In this document: positions 7,824 through 17,392 of the stretch, in pieces
Numbering within the stretch: position 1 is the stretch's first letter
Layout of the letters: the number at the start of each line of letters is the position of its first letter
Virus record (IMG/VR): IMGVR_UViG_3300032219_000422
Location: 1 to 24,368 of that record
Direction: 5' to 3' (one strand)
Source: a virus
Lineage: Duplodnaviria > Caudoviricetes
DNA: 24,368 bases
Program-made: the position numbers and the translations under genes
The notes under the pieces: model-generated
What the model was told of the DNA's origin: nothing
The model's input: only the letters and a program-made list of their open reading frames with translations
Database searches by the model: none

Positions 7824-10235
7824 TTACCTCGCTAAAGAATTCTTGAATGGGTTTTCTGCAAAGGCGGCAAAAATGTATGTTGCACTACTGGCGTTTATGA
7901 TATTTGCCGCACCACGCAATTTAAAACCATTTGAAGTTATGTCTAAAATTGCGGTACTAGCCGTTGCTTCAGCATCCGATAAGTTTGGATAAAGAACCAA
8001 ATTTGTAACATTGCTTGTATTTCGTGAAGTGTCAACCAATTCCCATTCAAAACCAGCACCACCAGTTGATGAGCATTTAATCATCACCCAACGTGGTCTA
8101 AACCCGCAGAACACAAAAGGCCCATCAGAACTTCCATTGCCTGTGTAGCTACCAAACTTGGAGTAGCCAGCTACTTCTGAGAAGCAGTAGGCGACCATGT
8201 TGACGCTTGGCGCAGAAAGTCCAGTGCCCGTTACACCAAACACAGTTGATGTCGGCAATGCCGCACCCCAGACAGTGCTAAATGTTGTTATTGCATCAGT
8301 GGTGTTTAGTCTCAAAAACTTTGATGTTGTGTCGCACACTGACGCATGGAACACCGCCCAATTGTTTGCACTAGTGTCTCTGTTCTTTGCAATAATCAAT
8401 CGTGGGGCAACACCTAGGCCGTGTCCTACGGTTGCCTGATTTGTTCCAGACGCATTAACAAACGTCACCACGCTAAAGCCTTGCGTAGCCCCTGCGTCTA
8501 CAGTTGATGTGATTGAGCCATCAGTGTTTGTGACAGCAGAGACACCCGCTTTCCATTGCCAGCCTACATAGGTATAGCCATTGGCACTAAACCCTGTATC
8601 TCCTCCCGATGCTAGGCTAAATCCACCAGAGTCAAATGATGACAACCCGCCAGAAAAAGTTGCTTCAGCGGCGTTTGAGTTTGAAAATAAAAGTTTAGTA
8701 ACGCCACGAACAGAATCGGTTAAATTGTTATTGGTGACATTGCTTCTGCTTTTAATCCACACCCAATCAGGCTGGAAAGACACTCCATTGACTGCGTTGC
8801 TGATTGATGCCGCTGAACCCGTACCCGTGTAAGTCGTAGCCGCCATGTAATTAGCACCATTGCTAATAGTAGGCGTAGGCAAGTTCTGGGTGTTCAGTGC
8901 AACATAACCTGATGGTGGGGTGTAGCTGAATGGGCGTTGACCGAAGTTGACCGACATTGCGGTCGAACCAAATGGGCTTGTAGTATTGAATGTGATGTCA
9001 AATTGTGCTGAATTTGTTGGGATGTTGATTGAGCCTTGACTAGTATTGTTCTTGTAAAAAGTTACTGTTCCAGCATCCCTATCAACAGCAACCCCAATCA
9101 CATCATTAGTAGTCCATGATGAACCATAAGCAGTTGTAGAACCGCCGACCTCTTTATTGCCATTACTGTAATAACGAACATCAGTTGATGATGTTGAATA
9201 ACTTCTAATCCCTACAATTACAGTATTAGTGATTGTTGTGTAAACAGTTTCCCAATACCATTTCCCACTTTGCGGCACTTGGAAAGTGCAAGAAAAGACG
9301 CTTACGCCATAAGTTGTGCCAGAAGCGTTTAGATTCCCATTAGTTAATGAACCGTTCAACGAAATCGTATCTGGGTTTAGCGGATTCATCACGCAATAAT
9401 TACCCCGACCATTGCCGCCATCTGCGTACAACGTGGGCACATCCAACATGGAGTCATACGTCACACCAGCAGTCACGCTAATGTTGTTGGGTGTCCAGTT
9501 GTTACCATTGCCTGAGTAGTCTTTGCCAATGGTTGCAGCAGTGTTATTGCTGTTGTCGCTGAAGTTCAGATAGAAGCCGTTAGTGCCGTATGTACCTGTG
9601 TATTTCAGAGGTTGCCATACACCAGTAATAGTGTTTGTTTGACCAAAGGATGATGGTGTCAGGGCTTGACCATCAATGAAGTTGATTTCGGTTAGGTAAC
9701 CGTCAAGATAAACATATGCGGCTGTAGGCGGGTTATACATACGACCAATATCAGATACTACCGCCGTATTTACATAAGTATTCACATTCTGAGTTGGATA
9801 TGTTGATGAAGCAAATGCAGTTACTTGAACCCCATTCACATACAGTTTCACTCTATTTGTTGATGTTGACTGTGTTGTGTCTATTGCCAAAACAACGTGA
9901 TACCACGCAGATGGGTCACGATATAAAGGAGTTGTGGTAAATGTTAAAACGGTTGCTGATGCCTGAGTATCATTAAAAAACAAACAATCATTTGTGTCAA
10001 AGCCAAATCTAAATAAGTCGCTTGCACTAACACCACCAACAGAAAAAATACCTTGTCTAGCACCACCAGACAATGCTCCTCTTTTAATCCAACTACTCCA
10101 TGTCCATGTCTGTCTATTTGTAGTACTTGATGGCGTTCTACCAAAATAAGCAGACGCACTTGCTCGAGTACGCACACTGCGGCTGATTTGATAACCGCTA
10201 GGCTTAGAGAAGAATAAGTCTTTGGATGCAAACAT
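7824..10235 (-). CDS. Receptor-binding/tail-associated protein with concanavalin A-like (LamG) and SPRY-like domains
   Basis: 803 aa. LamG-like motifs are WTWSSWIKR, WYHVVLAIDT, KLYVNG and DGYLTEINFIDGQAL. SPRY-like motifs are SGKWYWE, DVIGVAVD and TFYKN. Three C-terminal repeats read FQPDWVWIK / GVAPRLIIAK / GFRPRWVMIK. Confidence 0.75.
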   Translation of the reverse strand: MFASKDLFFSKPSGYQISRSVRTRASASAYFGRTPSSTTNRQTWTWSSWIKRGALSGGARQGIFSVGGVSASDLFRFGFDTNDCLFFNDTQASATVLTFTTTPLYRDPSAWYHVVLAIDTTQSTSTNRVKLYVNGVQVTAFASSTYPTQNVNTYVNTAVVSDIGRMYNPPTAAYVYLDGYLTEINFIDGQALTPSSFGQTNTITGVWQPLKYTGTYGTNGFYLNFSDNSNNTAATIGKDYSGNGNNWTPNNISVTAGVTYDSMLDVPTLYADGGNGRGNYCVMNPLNPDTISLNGSLTNGNLNASGTTYGVSVFSCTFQVPQSGKWYWETVYTTITNTVIVGIRSYSTSSTDVRYYSNGNKEVGGSTTAYGSSWTTNDVIGVAVDRDAGTVTFYKNNTSQGSINIPTNSAQFDITFNTTSPFGSTAMSVNFGQRPFSYTPPSGYVALNTQNLPTPTISNGANYMAATTYTGTGSAASISNAVNGVSFQPDWVWIKSRSNVTNNNLTDSVRGVTKLLFSNSNAAEATFSGGLSSFDSGGFSLASGGDTGFSANGYTYVGWQWKAGVSAVTNTDGSITSTVDAGATQGFSVVTFVNASGTNQATVGHGLGVAPRLIIAKNRDTSANNWAVFHASVCDTTSKFLRLNTTDAITTFSTVWGAALPTSTVFGVTGTGLSAPSVNMVAYCFSEVAGYSKFGSYTGNGSSDGPFVFCGFRPRWVMIKCSSTGGAGFEWELVDTSRNTSNVTNLVLYPNLSDAEATASTAILDITSNGFKLRGAANIINASSATYIFAAFAENPFKNSLAR

Positions 10236-11026
10236 TATTGGAACGCCTGTGCAAATGTGCCGTACCAGTTTGTGCCATCAGCAAAGAACGTCAGGATGTC
10301 CCATCTGCTTGCTGTAGTAGTCAAGGTAGGTGCGCCATTGTTAGGCCATTTAACGCTTGTAAACGTTCCTGTAAAGCCACCTGCACCAGTGCTGACAACA
10401 AGAACGAATGACCTTCCAGCAATATTGGTAGGCATCGTAAACGTACAGTTACCTGTCATTGTCACTGTCTGGAAAGTACCATTAGTCAGGTCAATCGTTT
10501 TGGATGTGCCAGAGTTACCTATAGCCACTACAGATTCGGTATAGAGCGTCACAGTAGTGTTGGAGACAGTGGTGTTACCCAGTGTTGCGGTGGTATTACC
10601 AAGCCCAACAGTTGTGTTACCAATAGTCACAAAACCATTACGGGCAGTTACGTTGCCTGTAATGGATACGTTACCGCCAACAGTTCCGTTACCAATAACT
10701 ACCAGGTTGCTGATGTTTGCTGTACCAGTGACATTGGCTGTAGCAACATTGCTCAAAGTCAAACCATCAACAGTAGTGACGGTGCTACCCAAATTGATGG
10801 TGGTTGTGCCTATAACTACGTTGCTGTTAGCCAAGTATCCGTTAGGAAATGATGTGTTAACGCTAGTAATAGCCACATTTGCAAGACTTAAATTGTTGAT
10901 GGTGGTGAGAGTTCCACCCAACTGGACAGAAGTGTTACCAATAGTGACACCAGTATTAAAGTTAGCGTCAAGTTGCGACAGAGGTATTGACCCTGTAGCT
11001 GTGGCAAAAGTAAACGGAACTGGCAT
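10235..11026 (-). CDS. Tail fibre/needle-like protein, Thr/Asn/Val/Gly-rich
   Basis: 263 aa. It has an N-terminal LSQLDANF anchor-like motif, a repetitive beta-type shaft (IGNTTVGLGNTTATLGNTT) and a C-terminal VKWP..APTLT...DILTF..DGTNWYG tip domain. It directly follows the nozzle gene. Confidence 0.7.
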   Translation of the reverse strand: MPVPFTFATATGSIPLSQLDANFNTGVTIGNTSVQLGGTLTTINNLSLANVAITSVNTSFPNGYLANSNVVIGTTTINLGSTVTTVDGLTLSNVATANVTGTANISNLVVIGNGTVGGNVSITGNVTARNGFVTIGNTTVGLGNTTATLGNTTVSNTTVTLYTESVVAIGNSGTSKTIDLTNGTFQTVTMTGNCTFTMPTNIAGRSFVLVVSTGAGGFTGTFTSVKWPNNGAPTLTTTASRWDILTFFADGTNWYGTFAQAFQ

Positions 11027-13024
11027 TTAGAACCTCACTCTCAATTCGTGTTCAAACTCAAATGTGTTTATGACAAAAGAAGGGTCAGATGAAGTCATGG
11101 TTAACCCTAAATACTTGCCATATTGTTGTGCGTCTGATTTGTACAGGTTGTACCCACCAGAAGATAACCAAGGAATTACTGCACTAAAGTTATTTATCCA
11201 AGGAACAACAATGCCGTTGTTGTTTATCCAATCTACAGCACCATTTGTCAAAGTGTAGGATGGACTGCTGCCGTATTCACTATCAACAGTGACAGTAAAC
11301 GTAGATGCGTTTGCCAATGTTGCTTCAATACCAAACTTCAATGCTTGTTTGGTACGGATAGGGTCTTTCATAGGCGAAAGAGATGTCTGTATCTCACTAG
11401 AAATATTTGCAGTTGCATCCCCGTACAAACGGAAAAGTGCTGTATCTGTCACACCATACAGATTTATCAAACCACCCACAGGCGCAGAAGACAGATAACG
11501 TAATGCACCCTGACTGGTGACAAACCACTTTTTCTCAAAAAATACGCACTGTACAAACCTATCTCCCGTAGTGATAGGAAAGGTTGGCAACAAATAGAAG
11601 TTAAAAGCCGCACACAGGATGTTGTTAAGCAAGACTTGTCCAGCAGTTACAGGCTTGGAGAAATCTATATACGGAAAAATACCATCCAGTTGGTCAGAAA
11701 TTTTACTGGTGGTAGAGCCAACCAAGGCATACACGCCGTAATTGTTCATGAACAACACAGAACGGAAGTACGGAAACACAGCGTATTTCAGCTTGCTACC
11801 AATAGAAGCAGATACGTTTGTGTTTGTAAATAACGTTTCACCTGTATTTGTAATCCTCACATCTGAAAAGACGTTGATACTGTCTTCTCCATAAATATAG
11901 AGAAAGTTGTTGGCAGCCACCATGTGTTGAATGTTGCCACGCAAGGTAGAGTCAGTAATAGTCTCAGCACCCGCAGAAATAGATGTGAAGTCAGTAGGAC
12001 TTGTTGCAGAAGAAAAAGTTACGGTACGACCTGTAGACACCCATACACGACCAGAAAAGGTAGCAACACTGGATATTTCATCTAGATTAGGAACACCTAT
12101 AACAGTCGCATTAGCGTTACCTGTAGGAGTAGGTGGTGCAGCGATAGTGACAGTAGGCACACTTGTGAAGTTGTTACCTACGTTTGTCATTATCACTTCT
12201 GTAACAGCGTTGCCAAACACAATGGCAGTAGCAGTAGCATTTGCTCCACCTCCACCTGTAATAGATACAGCGGGAGGAGAGGATGGGTTATAGCCAGAGC
12301 CACTATTGGTTACTTGTACGTATAGCGCACCTTTGGTAAAGGTTAAAAGTTGAGCAATAGCATTAGCACCACTGCCACCACCACCAGTGATAGTTACTGT
12401 AGGTGCAGATGTATATCCGCTACCACCTTCTGTAACCGCTATAGAAGTTACTGCATTTGCTGTGATTGTGGCTTCTGCTGTGGCTTGTGTACCGTTTGAC
12501 TGGTTGGGTGCAGAGATGGTAACTGCTGGCGCAGAGGTGTAACCTGAACCCCTGGCAGTTAAACCTATCCTACCTACACCACCAACATTGAGTAAGTCAG
12601 TGCCATTCCAACTGAATAGTCCTTTATTAGGGTCACCTATAAATACTTCTTCATTTTTCCACTGGGCTGTAGACACATTGGCAGAAGAGAAAGTGCCTGT
12701 CACACCTACATTGCCTACAGTGCCTGTATCTATGACTACATATTGCGCTCTTCCATTTTCTTGGAAAGCTATTAAATAGTCATCTAATCCAAGATTGGTA
12801 TTTGTAAGAGTGGTGACTGTGTTTGCAAAAGAAATAGCGTTGTTACCGCCATCTTTAACTGTGACTTGAGCGGGGACAATCTTGATATTGCCAAAACCGA
12901 TAGGCATGGCGTTCTCAATCCAAGAGAACTCCTCTTCATCAATGGCTGTCCTGTTGGACTTGGTATTTAAGCCCTTGAAGTTCTTATAAACAGCATAAGA
13001 TTTTTTTTGCTCTGCTGCTGCCAT
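11027..13024 (-). CDS. Tail nozzle/DNA-stabilisation protein (P22 gp10 / T7 gp12 position) with a repeat insertion
   Basis: 665 aa, beta-rich, with an N-terminal NFKGLN...ENAMP start typical of this slot. It lies directly after the adaptor and carries four GSGY(T/N)..P.V.I-type repeats. Confidence 0.65.
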   Translation of the reverse strand: MAAAEQKKSYAVYKNFKGLNTKSNRTAIDEEEFSWIENAMPIGFGNIKIVPAQVTVKDGGNNAISFANTVTTLTNTNLGLDDYLIAFQENGRAQYVVIDTGTVGNVGVTGTFSSANVSTAQWKNEEVFIGDPNKGLFSWNGTDLLNVGGVGRIGLTARGSGYTSAPAVTISAPNQSNGTQATAEATITANAVTSIAVTEGGSGYTSAPTVTITGGGGSGANAIAQLLTFTKGALYVQVTNSGSGYNPSSPPAVSITGGGGANATATAIVFGNAVTEVIMTNVGNNFTSVPTVTIAAPPTPTGNANATVIGVPNLDEISSVATFSGRVWVSTGRTVTFSSATSPTDFTSISAGAETITDSTLRGNIQHMVAANNFLYIYGEDSINVFSDVRITNTGETLFTNTNVSASIGSKLKYAVFPYFRSVLFMNNYGVYALVGSTTSKISDQLDGIFPYIDFSKPVTAGQVLLNNILCAAFNFYLLPTFPITTGDRFVQCVFFEKKWFVTSQGALRYLSSAPVGGLINLYGVTDTALFRLYGDATANISSEIQTSLSPMKDPIRTKQALKFGIEATLANASTFTVTVDSEYGSSPSYTLTNGAVDWINNNGIVVPWINNFSAVIPWLSSGGYNLYKSDAQQYGKYLGLTMTSSDPSFVINTFEFEHELRVRF

Positions 13025-13026
13025 GA

Positions 13027-13866
13027 TTAGAACGTAGAGTAGGGGTCAGGGATTCTGCGTGTATACACAGAGTTCAACACCGCTTGGATATGCTTTGCAT
13101 ACTCTTGCTTGTATATCTCAGCTTCTCCATAGCTCTGTTCTTTGTACTTGGCTTTATAAGCCGCATAAAAAGCTACAGGCGTAGTGTAGGGGTCTTGTAT
13201 CTGGTCATTAGCGTTAGGCGTATTCAAACTTAACGGAGTAGGCAAGATAGTGCTGTCTATCTCCACCACATAGGCTTGGTCAGGAACAGGGCCAACATAG
13301 ATGGTGTTTTGTCCATAAACAGAAAAACACACGGGTCTTCCTACATAGTTTTGCCAGTAACGCAGTTGAGCATTAAAGTTTGACCAGGGTAAATACCGCA
13401 GTGGAATACGACTGTTACCCCAGTAAACGTTGACGTTCAGAATGTCGAGTGTTGTGCCAGTAGCAATAGTGGCATAGGGAATAACTTCCGCAGGGCCAGA
13501 ATATTGCAGACTGGCTGTGCCATCTGTAAATGGGGCAGAAGGTGGAAAAGTGTAGCCAGAAGCAGGGTAAGGAGGTGGTGTAGTGCTGAGAACACCGCTA
13601 GATACCACTTCATAAATAAAGATGTTATTGAATAAGAACTGACCAGCAGTAACAGTAGCACCCGCAGTCCAAACGGTTGCGGGTACTCCTGTATTAGAAA
13701 TTGGGGTGGCAGTAATTTGCAGGGTACGTAAGCACCCAGTATCTCTCGCTACTCGCTCACGGGCATCGTTGATGTAGTCCGTTAGCTCCGAGGTTGACCA
13801 GAAGACAGAGTTTGCATCATGCAAAAGTCGCTGTACTTCCGTGATGTAGGAAGAGAGAGTTGCCAT
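13027..13866 (-). CDS. Head-tail adaptor protein
   Basis: 279 aa. N-terminal helices read [10 protein letters not shown]...ELTDYINDA; the C-terminal part has GRP...[11 protein letters not shown] and FYAAYKA. It sits between the capsid and nozzle genes. Confidence 0.7.
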   Translation of the reverse strand: MATLSSYITEVQRLLHDANSVFWSTSELTDYINDARERVARDTGCLRTLQITATPISNTGVPATVWTAGATVTAGQFLFNNIFIYEVVSSGVLSTTPPPYPASGYTFPPSAPFTDGTASLQYSGPAEVIPYATIATGTTLDILNVNVYWGNSRIPLRYLPWSNFNAQLRYWQNYVGRPVCFSVYGQNTIYVGPVPDQAYVVEIDSTILPTPLSLNTPNANDQIQDPYTTPVAFYAAYKAKYKEQSYGEAEIYKQEYAKHIQAVLNSVYTRRIPDPYSTF

Positions 13867-13878
13867 GTTACCTTCATG

Positions 13879-14220
13879 TTAAGCAACCCTCTGATTGACC
13901 TTTCCCCCAACGGATTTCTCAATCCGTAAGGGTACTACGCCAACCGCCGAGGGTAACGAGCGGTTCTTTGTTGGAGGCTCTGAAGAAATAACTACTTTCT
14001 TGAGATTTTCCATTGCTTCTTCAAGTTCGCTGTGAAGTCGTATCATGCCCAACTGGACTAGATACTTCTCCTTGTCCTCATCTCCATAACCAAGCATGTG
14101 CCTAGCAGCAGGGACAGTCAATTCAACTGTCTTGCCGATAGAAAACTCATAACCGACATAGTTGTACTCAGCGTACAGGTCTTTATCGGTGTTATTGGTT
14201 ACATAAACGAGTTCTGTCAT
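13879..14220 (-). CDS. Hypothetical protein
   Basis: 113 aa ORF with an ATGA overlap to the upstream gene, filling the operon slot. Confidence 0.7.
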   Translation of the reverse strand: MTELVYVTNNTDKDLYAEYNYVGYEFSIGKTVELTVPAARHMLGYGDEDKEKYLVQLGMIRLHSELEEAMENLKKVVISSEPPTKNRSLPSAVGVVPLRIEKSVGGKVNQRVA

Positions 14221-14630
14221 AGTGATGTGACATCACCGTATACGTGAATTTCAACCGAATTGTTTGCAGCCGCTGCCGTGTTAACGCACAAGAACAAAGA
14301 ACCAGAATAGATTGTTGTGGCGGTGTTTGCCGTCAAATTCAAATCTTGATACTTGGTTGTACTTGTTACGTTTGATAACACAGTTGCATTTGAAACTGCA
14401 TTTGCAAGCGCACCGTCATTACTTGTGAAAATAGTGACGTTAGCAGCAGCAACAGTTCCATTTGCTGAAGACACGGTTATACGGCGAACAATGTAGCTTG
14501 TACCGATAGTAGGAATAACGGCAACAGCATTACCAGTGCTTCCCAAACCTACGGGATTAGAGGTAACACCGATAACGTAATTGCCAAAACTATCGGGATA
14601 ACGATTTCCTACAGCATTCGAGTTAGCCAT
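14217..14630 (-). CDS. Putative minor capsid/decoration protein
   Basis: 137 aa, small-residue and beta-rich, with RBS AGGGGA. It is the second gene after the major capsid gene. Confidence 0.55.
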   Translation of the reverse strand: MANSNAVGNRYPDSFGNYVIGVTSNPVGLGSTGNAVAVIPTIGTSYIVRRITVSSANGTVAAANVTIFTSNDGALANAVSNATVLSNVTSTTKYQDLNLTANTATTIYSGSLFLCVNTAAAANNSVEIHVYGDVTSL

Positions 14631-14639
14631 GCTATCCCC

Positions 14640-14963
14640 TTATGTTGTGTAGGTACTGTTAGCAGAGATACCGCCATTGATGGTCAATGCAGTAACAGTA
14701 CCAGCACCAGCAATAGTAGATTGTGCAAACAAGTTCACACCATCAGACAAAATCATGCCACCAGTATTATTGGCAAGCAGAGTTGTAATGGTTGAGCCAT
14801 TGTTTGCAGTAATCACTACGTTAGCAGCGGGGAACAGCAAATACGTACCAGCAGGAATCACTGTGCCAGCGTTAGCGGCAGTCAAAGCGACATTGGAGAA
14901 GTAAGCACCAGCAGTGTTGGTGGTTGCATTTGCCAGAATGATTTTATTCAGTGCTAAAGCCAT
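14640..14963 (-). CDS. Putative capsid decoration protein
   Basis: 107 aa, Ala/Thr/Asn-rich, with a strong RBS (TAAGGAG) directly after the capsid stop codon. Confidence 0.55.
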   Translation of the reverse strand: MALALNKIILANATTNTAGAYFSNVALTAANAGTVIPAGTYLLFPAANVVITANNGSTITTLLANNTGGMILSDGVNLFAQSTIAGAGTVTALTINGGISANSTYTT

Positions 14964-14975
14964 GTCTTTTTCTCC

Positions 14976-15977
14976 TTACAGTGAGAGATAGTTATAACCC
15001 GTCACCTTGGTCATGGCTTTGGGTTTGACGTTCACCAATTCGGCAATCATCAAAACCGCACCGACATAACCAATTTGCCAGTTGGGGAGAGTGGACTCAA
15101 AGCCTGTGAACACAAACGAACCTTGCTCATGAATATACAGAGACAAGTAGTTGGTGTTCAGGAAGTACACAGTACCTTCTGGGCAATAGGGGTCTGGATA
15201 GATAGGAACGCCAGCAACCATCAAAGCACGGAAAGCTGCTTGAGGGCCATTGGTTTCACCGTCAAAACCTGCACCTGGAGTGATAACGTATTGTTCTTGA
15301 CCAACAAAGTCTTGAGCCAACAGTGTCCAAGTACCAAATCCGCAAACACCAAATGAAGGCATTTCAGCACCGTTTTTAACAGTACCAGAAATGTATTGCA
15401 GGATGTTTTGACGAGTTGGGTTAACAGAGCCAGCGGCATACTGTGATGATTTCCACCATGTGTATGTGCTACGGTCAATGTTGCCGTAAGTGCCAGAGTT
15501 AGCAACAGCAGCGGGCAAACCAATGAACTGTTGTGTATTTGTGGTGTTGTTGTACAAGGCAGTTGCCATTGCATCCATCATCACGTTGGTTGCATCGTTC
15601 ATACGAGCTTCAATCAACGGGATAATAGCGGCATCTTGCTGAACTGCGCCTTCCATACCGAGGAACGGCACAGGAGAAATCATCAATTTCAAGTCGAATT
15701 CAGCGTTGTAAGCACCTTGTTGAACTGACGGTTGGGCAAAAGAGCCACTGTAGTCAGACCATTGAGCGTTCACAAACTGTGCGCCTTGGACAGGAACGGT
15801 TACAGAAGACACACCACCAGAAGCAGACTGACTGTTAGCAATCAGAGCCGCCATCAAGGGCGTGGAGTTATAAAGCTGGACAACCAGCTTGGGAATAAAG
15901 GCTCTACGAGTTACATAAGTCAGTTCATTGAACTGGGCTGACCCTGTAGCTGGTATGATGCCGCCGCCAATAGCCAT
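14976..15977 (-). CDS. Major capsid protein (HK97 fold inferred)
   Basis: 333 aa with a consensus RBS TAAGGAGG. It follows the scaffold gene. Features include LVVQLYNSTPL, ALYNN...FIGL, YGNIDRS..WWKS and GVPIYPDPYCPEGTVYFLN. Confidence 0.85.
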   Translation of the reverse strand: MAIGGGIIPATGSAQFNELTYVTRRAFIPKLVVQLYNSTPLMAALIANSQSASGGVSSVTVPVQGAQFVNAQWSDYSGSFAQPSVQQGAYNAEFDLKLMISPVPFLGMEGAVQQDAAIIPLIEARMNDATNVMMDAMATALYNNTTNTQQFIGLPAAVANSGTYGNIDRSTYTWWKSSQYAAGSVNPTRQNILQYISGTVKNGAEMPSFGVCGFGTWTLLAQDFVGQEQYVITPGAGFDGETNGPQAAFRALMVAGVPIYPDPYCPEGTVYFLNTNYLSLYIHEQGSFVFTGFESTLPNWQIGYVGAVLMIAELVNVKPKAMTKVTGYNYLSL

Positions 15978-16011
15978 AAGGCCTCCTTACGTGGTTTAAA
16001 AAATTACCCTC

Positions 16012-16542
16012 TTACAACCCAATAGGACGTTGCGGTTTCCGCAGGTCATTGAGTGCATTCATTGCCTCATTACGAGCAGCGGCGGCTGGATTTTTCCAAT
16101 ATTTGTTCAAGTCAAATTGCTTGACAGCACTTGGGTTGTATCCAGTTGAAGTAGGCACTGCGGCTTGCTTCATCCACTGATGGTATTCAGCGGCTGTTTC
16201 ATGGTTGGTAATACCACGCTCCAGCATAATTTTTTCTACATCACCAACTTCTGATTCGTTAGCAATCAAACCCTTTTTCATCAAAGACTGACGGCGATTC
16301 TGGAGTTCTTCAATCGCTTCTTTTTCACGCAACTTGGCTTCCAAAGCTTGCACACGGTCTTCCGAGCGGCTGACCGCACGGTGTGTGTAATCTTCAATGT
16401 CGAGTTCAGGAATTGGAAGGTCAGGCTTAACCCGCTTTGTCATCCGCAAAAAATCTTTACGAGTATCAGGATTTTCCGCAAGAGTTTGTGCAAGTGCTGC
16501 CAACTCATCACGGGCTTCTAAGGACAGATTTTCTAGTGACAT
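16012..16542 (-). CDS. Capsid scaffolding protein
   Basis: 176 aa, a charged coiled coil with a short C-terminal helix, lying immediately upstream of the capsid gene. Confidence 0.65.
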   Translation of the reverse strand: MSLENLSLEARDELAALAQTLAENPDTRKDFLRMTKRVKPDLPIPELDIEDYTHRAVSRSEDRVQALEAKLREKEAIEELQNRRQSLMKKGLIANESEVGDVEKIMLERGITNHETAAEYHQWMKQAAVPTSTGYNPSAVKQFDLNKYWKNPAAAARNEAMNALNDLRKPQRPIGL

Positions 16543-16563
16543 AAAGTTACCCTCTTTATACGA

Positions 16564-16746
16564 TTAAATTACACGCTTGCCGTCAGCTGGCTTTTGGACA
16601 GCCATGCTTGACTTGTTCAGTTTATTGGGGGCACTCAAGCCACCAAACTGAGAAAAACGGGGAGTATTGGTGATAACGCCATTTTGTTGGTTGTTATCGG
16701 TTGGTTTACGAGGTGCTGCTGCTGCACGTGGTTTAAAGAGTTCCAT
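16564..16746 (-). CDS. Small basic disordered protein (60 aa)
   Basis: MELFKPRAAAAPRKPTDNNQQNG...DGKRVI. The RBS TAAGGA overlaps the upstream stop codon, which supports this start over the 16926 start in the ORF track. Confidence 0.75.
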   Translation of the reverse strand: MELFKPRAAAAPRKPTDNNQQNGVITNTPRFSQFGGLSAPNKLNKSSMAVQKPADGKRVI

Positions 16747-16756
16747 TTGCTTTTCC

Positions 16757-17221
16757 TTACATTGGGGGAGGTGAAGGCATACCGCCAGCGGGAGGCATAC
16801 CAGGAATAGGTGCTTGAGCCATTGCTCTGCCTTCAGGGGTAGCACCACCCGCCTGTGGCAAGGTTTGCAGTAACTGGAGAATTTCAGATTGCTGTAATTC
16901 GTCAGTTTTGCCTTTTTTCTGACCAATCAAACCGCTAAGTGCCCGAATAGCGTTGAGAGTTTTTTTGCCCTCTTCTGAAACGGAGCCAAAAGCGGGAAGG
17001 GATTGCTCAAGCAAATCAATAGCCATACTTATGTTGATAAGTGCGGCTTCTTTATTTCCCATCTTGGGTTCTGGAGTAGACATGGGAGAAGCCATTGGAG
17101 GAGCTTCAGGAGCTTCTGTCTCCATTTCTTCTGGCTCTTCCTTTTCATTAGCGGTGGGTGTGCCAGCAGCCGTTTGGCTACTACGCATTAACTCCATCAA
17201 CTTATCTGGTGGAACACTCAT
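16757..17221 (-). CDS. Pro/Met/Glu-rich protein with a central helical core (possible prohead core or auxiliary scaffold)
   Basis: 154 aa from MSVPPDK, with AAGGAG 5 nt before the ATG. It lies between the portal and scaffold genes. Confidence 0.7.
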   Translation of the reverse strand: MSVPPDKLMELMRSSQTAAGTPTANEKEEPEEMETEAPEAPPMASPMSTPEPKMGNKEAALINISMAIDLLEQSLPAFGSVSEEGKKTLNAIRALSGLIGQKKGKTDELQQSEILQLLQTLPQAGGATPEGRAMAQAPIPGMPPAGGMPSPPPM

Positions 17222-17236
17222 AATCACTCCTTGCCG

Positions 17237-17267
17237 TGTTTGTAACCACTTACAAACATCTTGTCAA
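17237..17267 (-). promoter_or_regulatory. Candidate sigma70 promoter for the capsid block, overlapped by a perfect 9-bp inverted repeat
   Basis: TTGACA (17262-17267), 17 nt, TACAAA (17239-17244). The inverted repeat is TGTTTGTAA-N4-TTACAAACA at 17237-17258. Confidence 0.5.
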
Positions 17268-17273
17268 TAGGTG

Positions 17274-17296
17274 GAGGGCATTTTTTGTCAGCCCTC
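17274..17296 (-). other. GC hairpin after the 24-aa peptide (weak terminator or processing site)
   Basis: GAGGGC-N11-GCCCTC. No U-tract follows on the minus strand. Confidence 0.3.
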
Positions 17297-17304
17297 TGTA
17301 GACA

Positions 17305-17379
17305 TTACTTGCGACCTTTACGGGCTTTGCGTCCCATACGAGCCATTTTTGGAGCCATTTTTGCTTTTCCGTACATCAT
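17305..17379 (-). CDS. Tiny Lys/Arg-rich (protamine-like) peptide, 24 aa
   Basis: MMYGKAKMAPKMARMGRKARKGRK*, with SD AAAAGGA 6 nt before the ATG. It has 10 K/R and no acidic residue, plus an in-frame 12-bp tandem duplication at 17340-17363. Confidence 0.7.
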   Translation of the reverse strand: MMYGKAKMAPKMARMGRKARKGRK

Positions 17380-17392
17380 GATATTTCCTTTT

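Noticed and set aside
16747-16926. 120-aa version of ORF 16564..16926
   Set aside because: The extension overlaps the 154-aa gene out of frame, and a good RBS supports the ATG at 16746.
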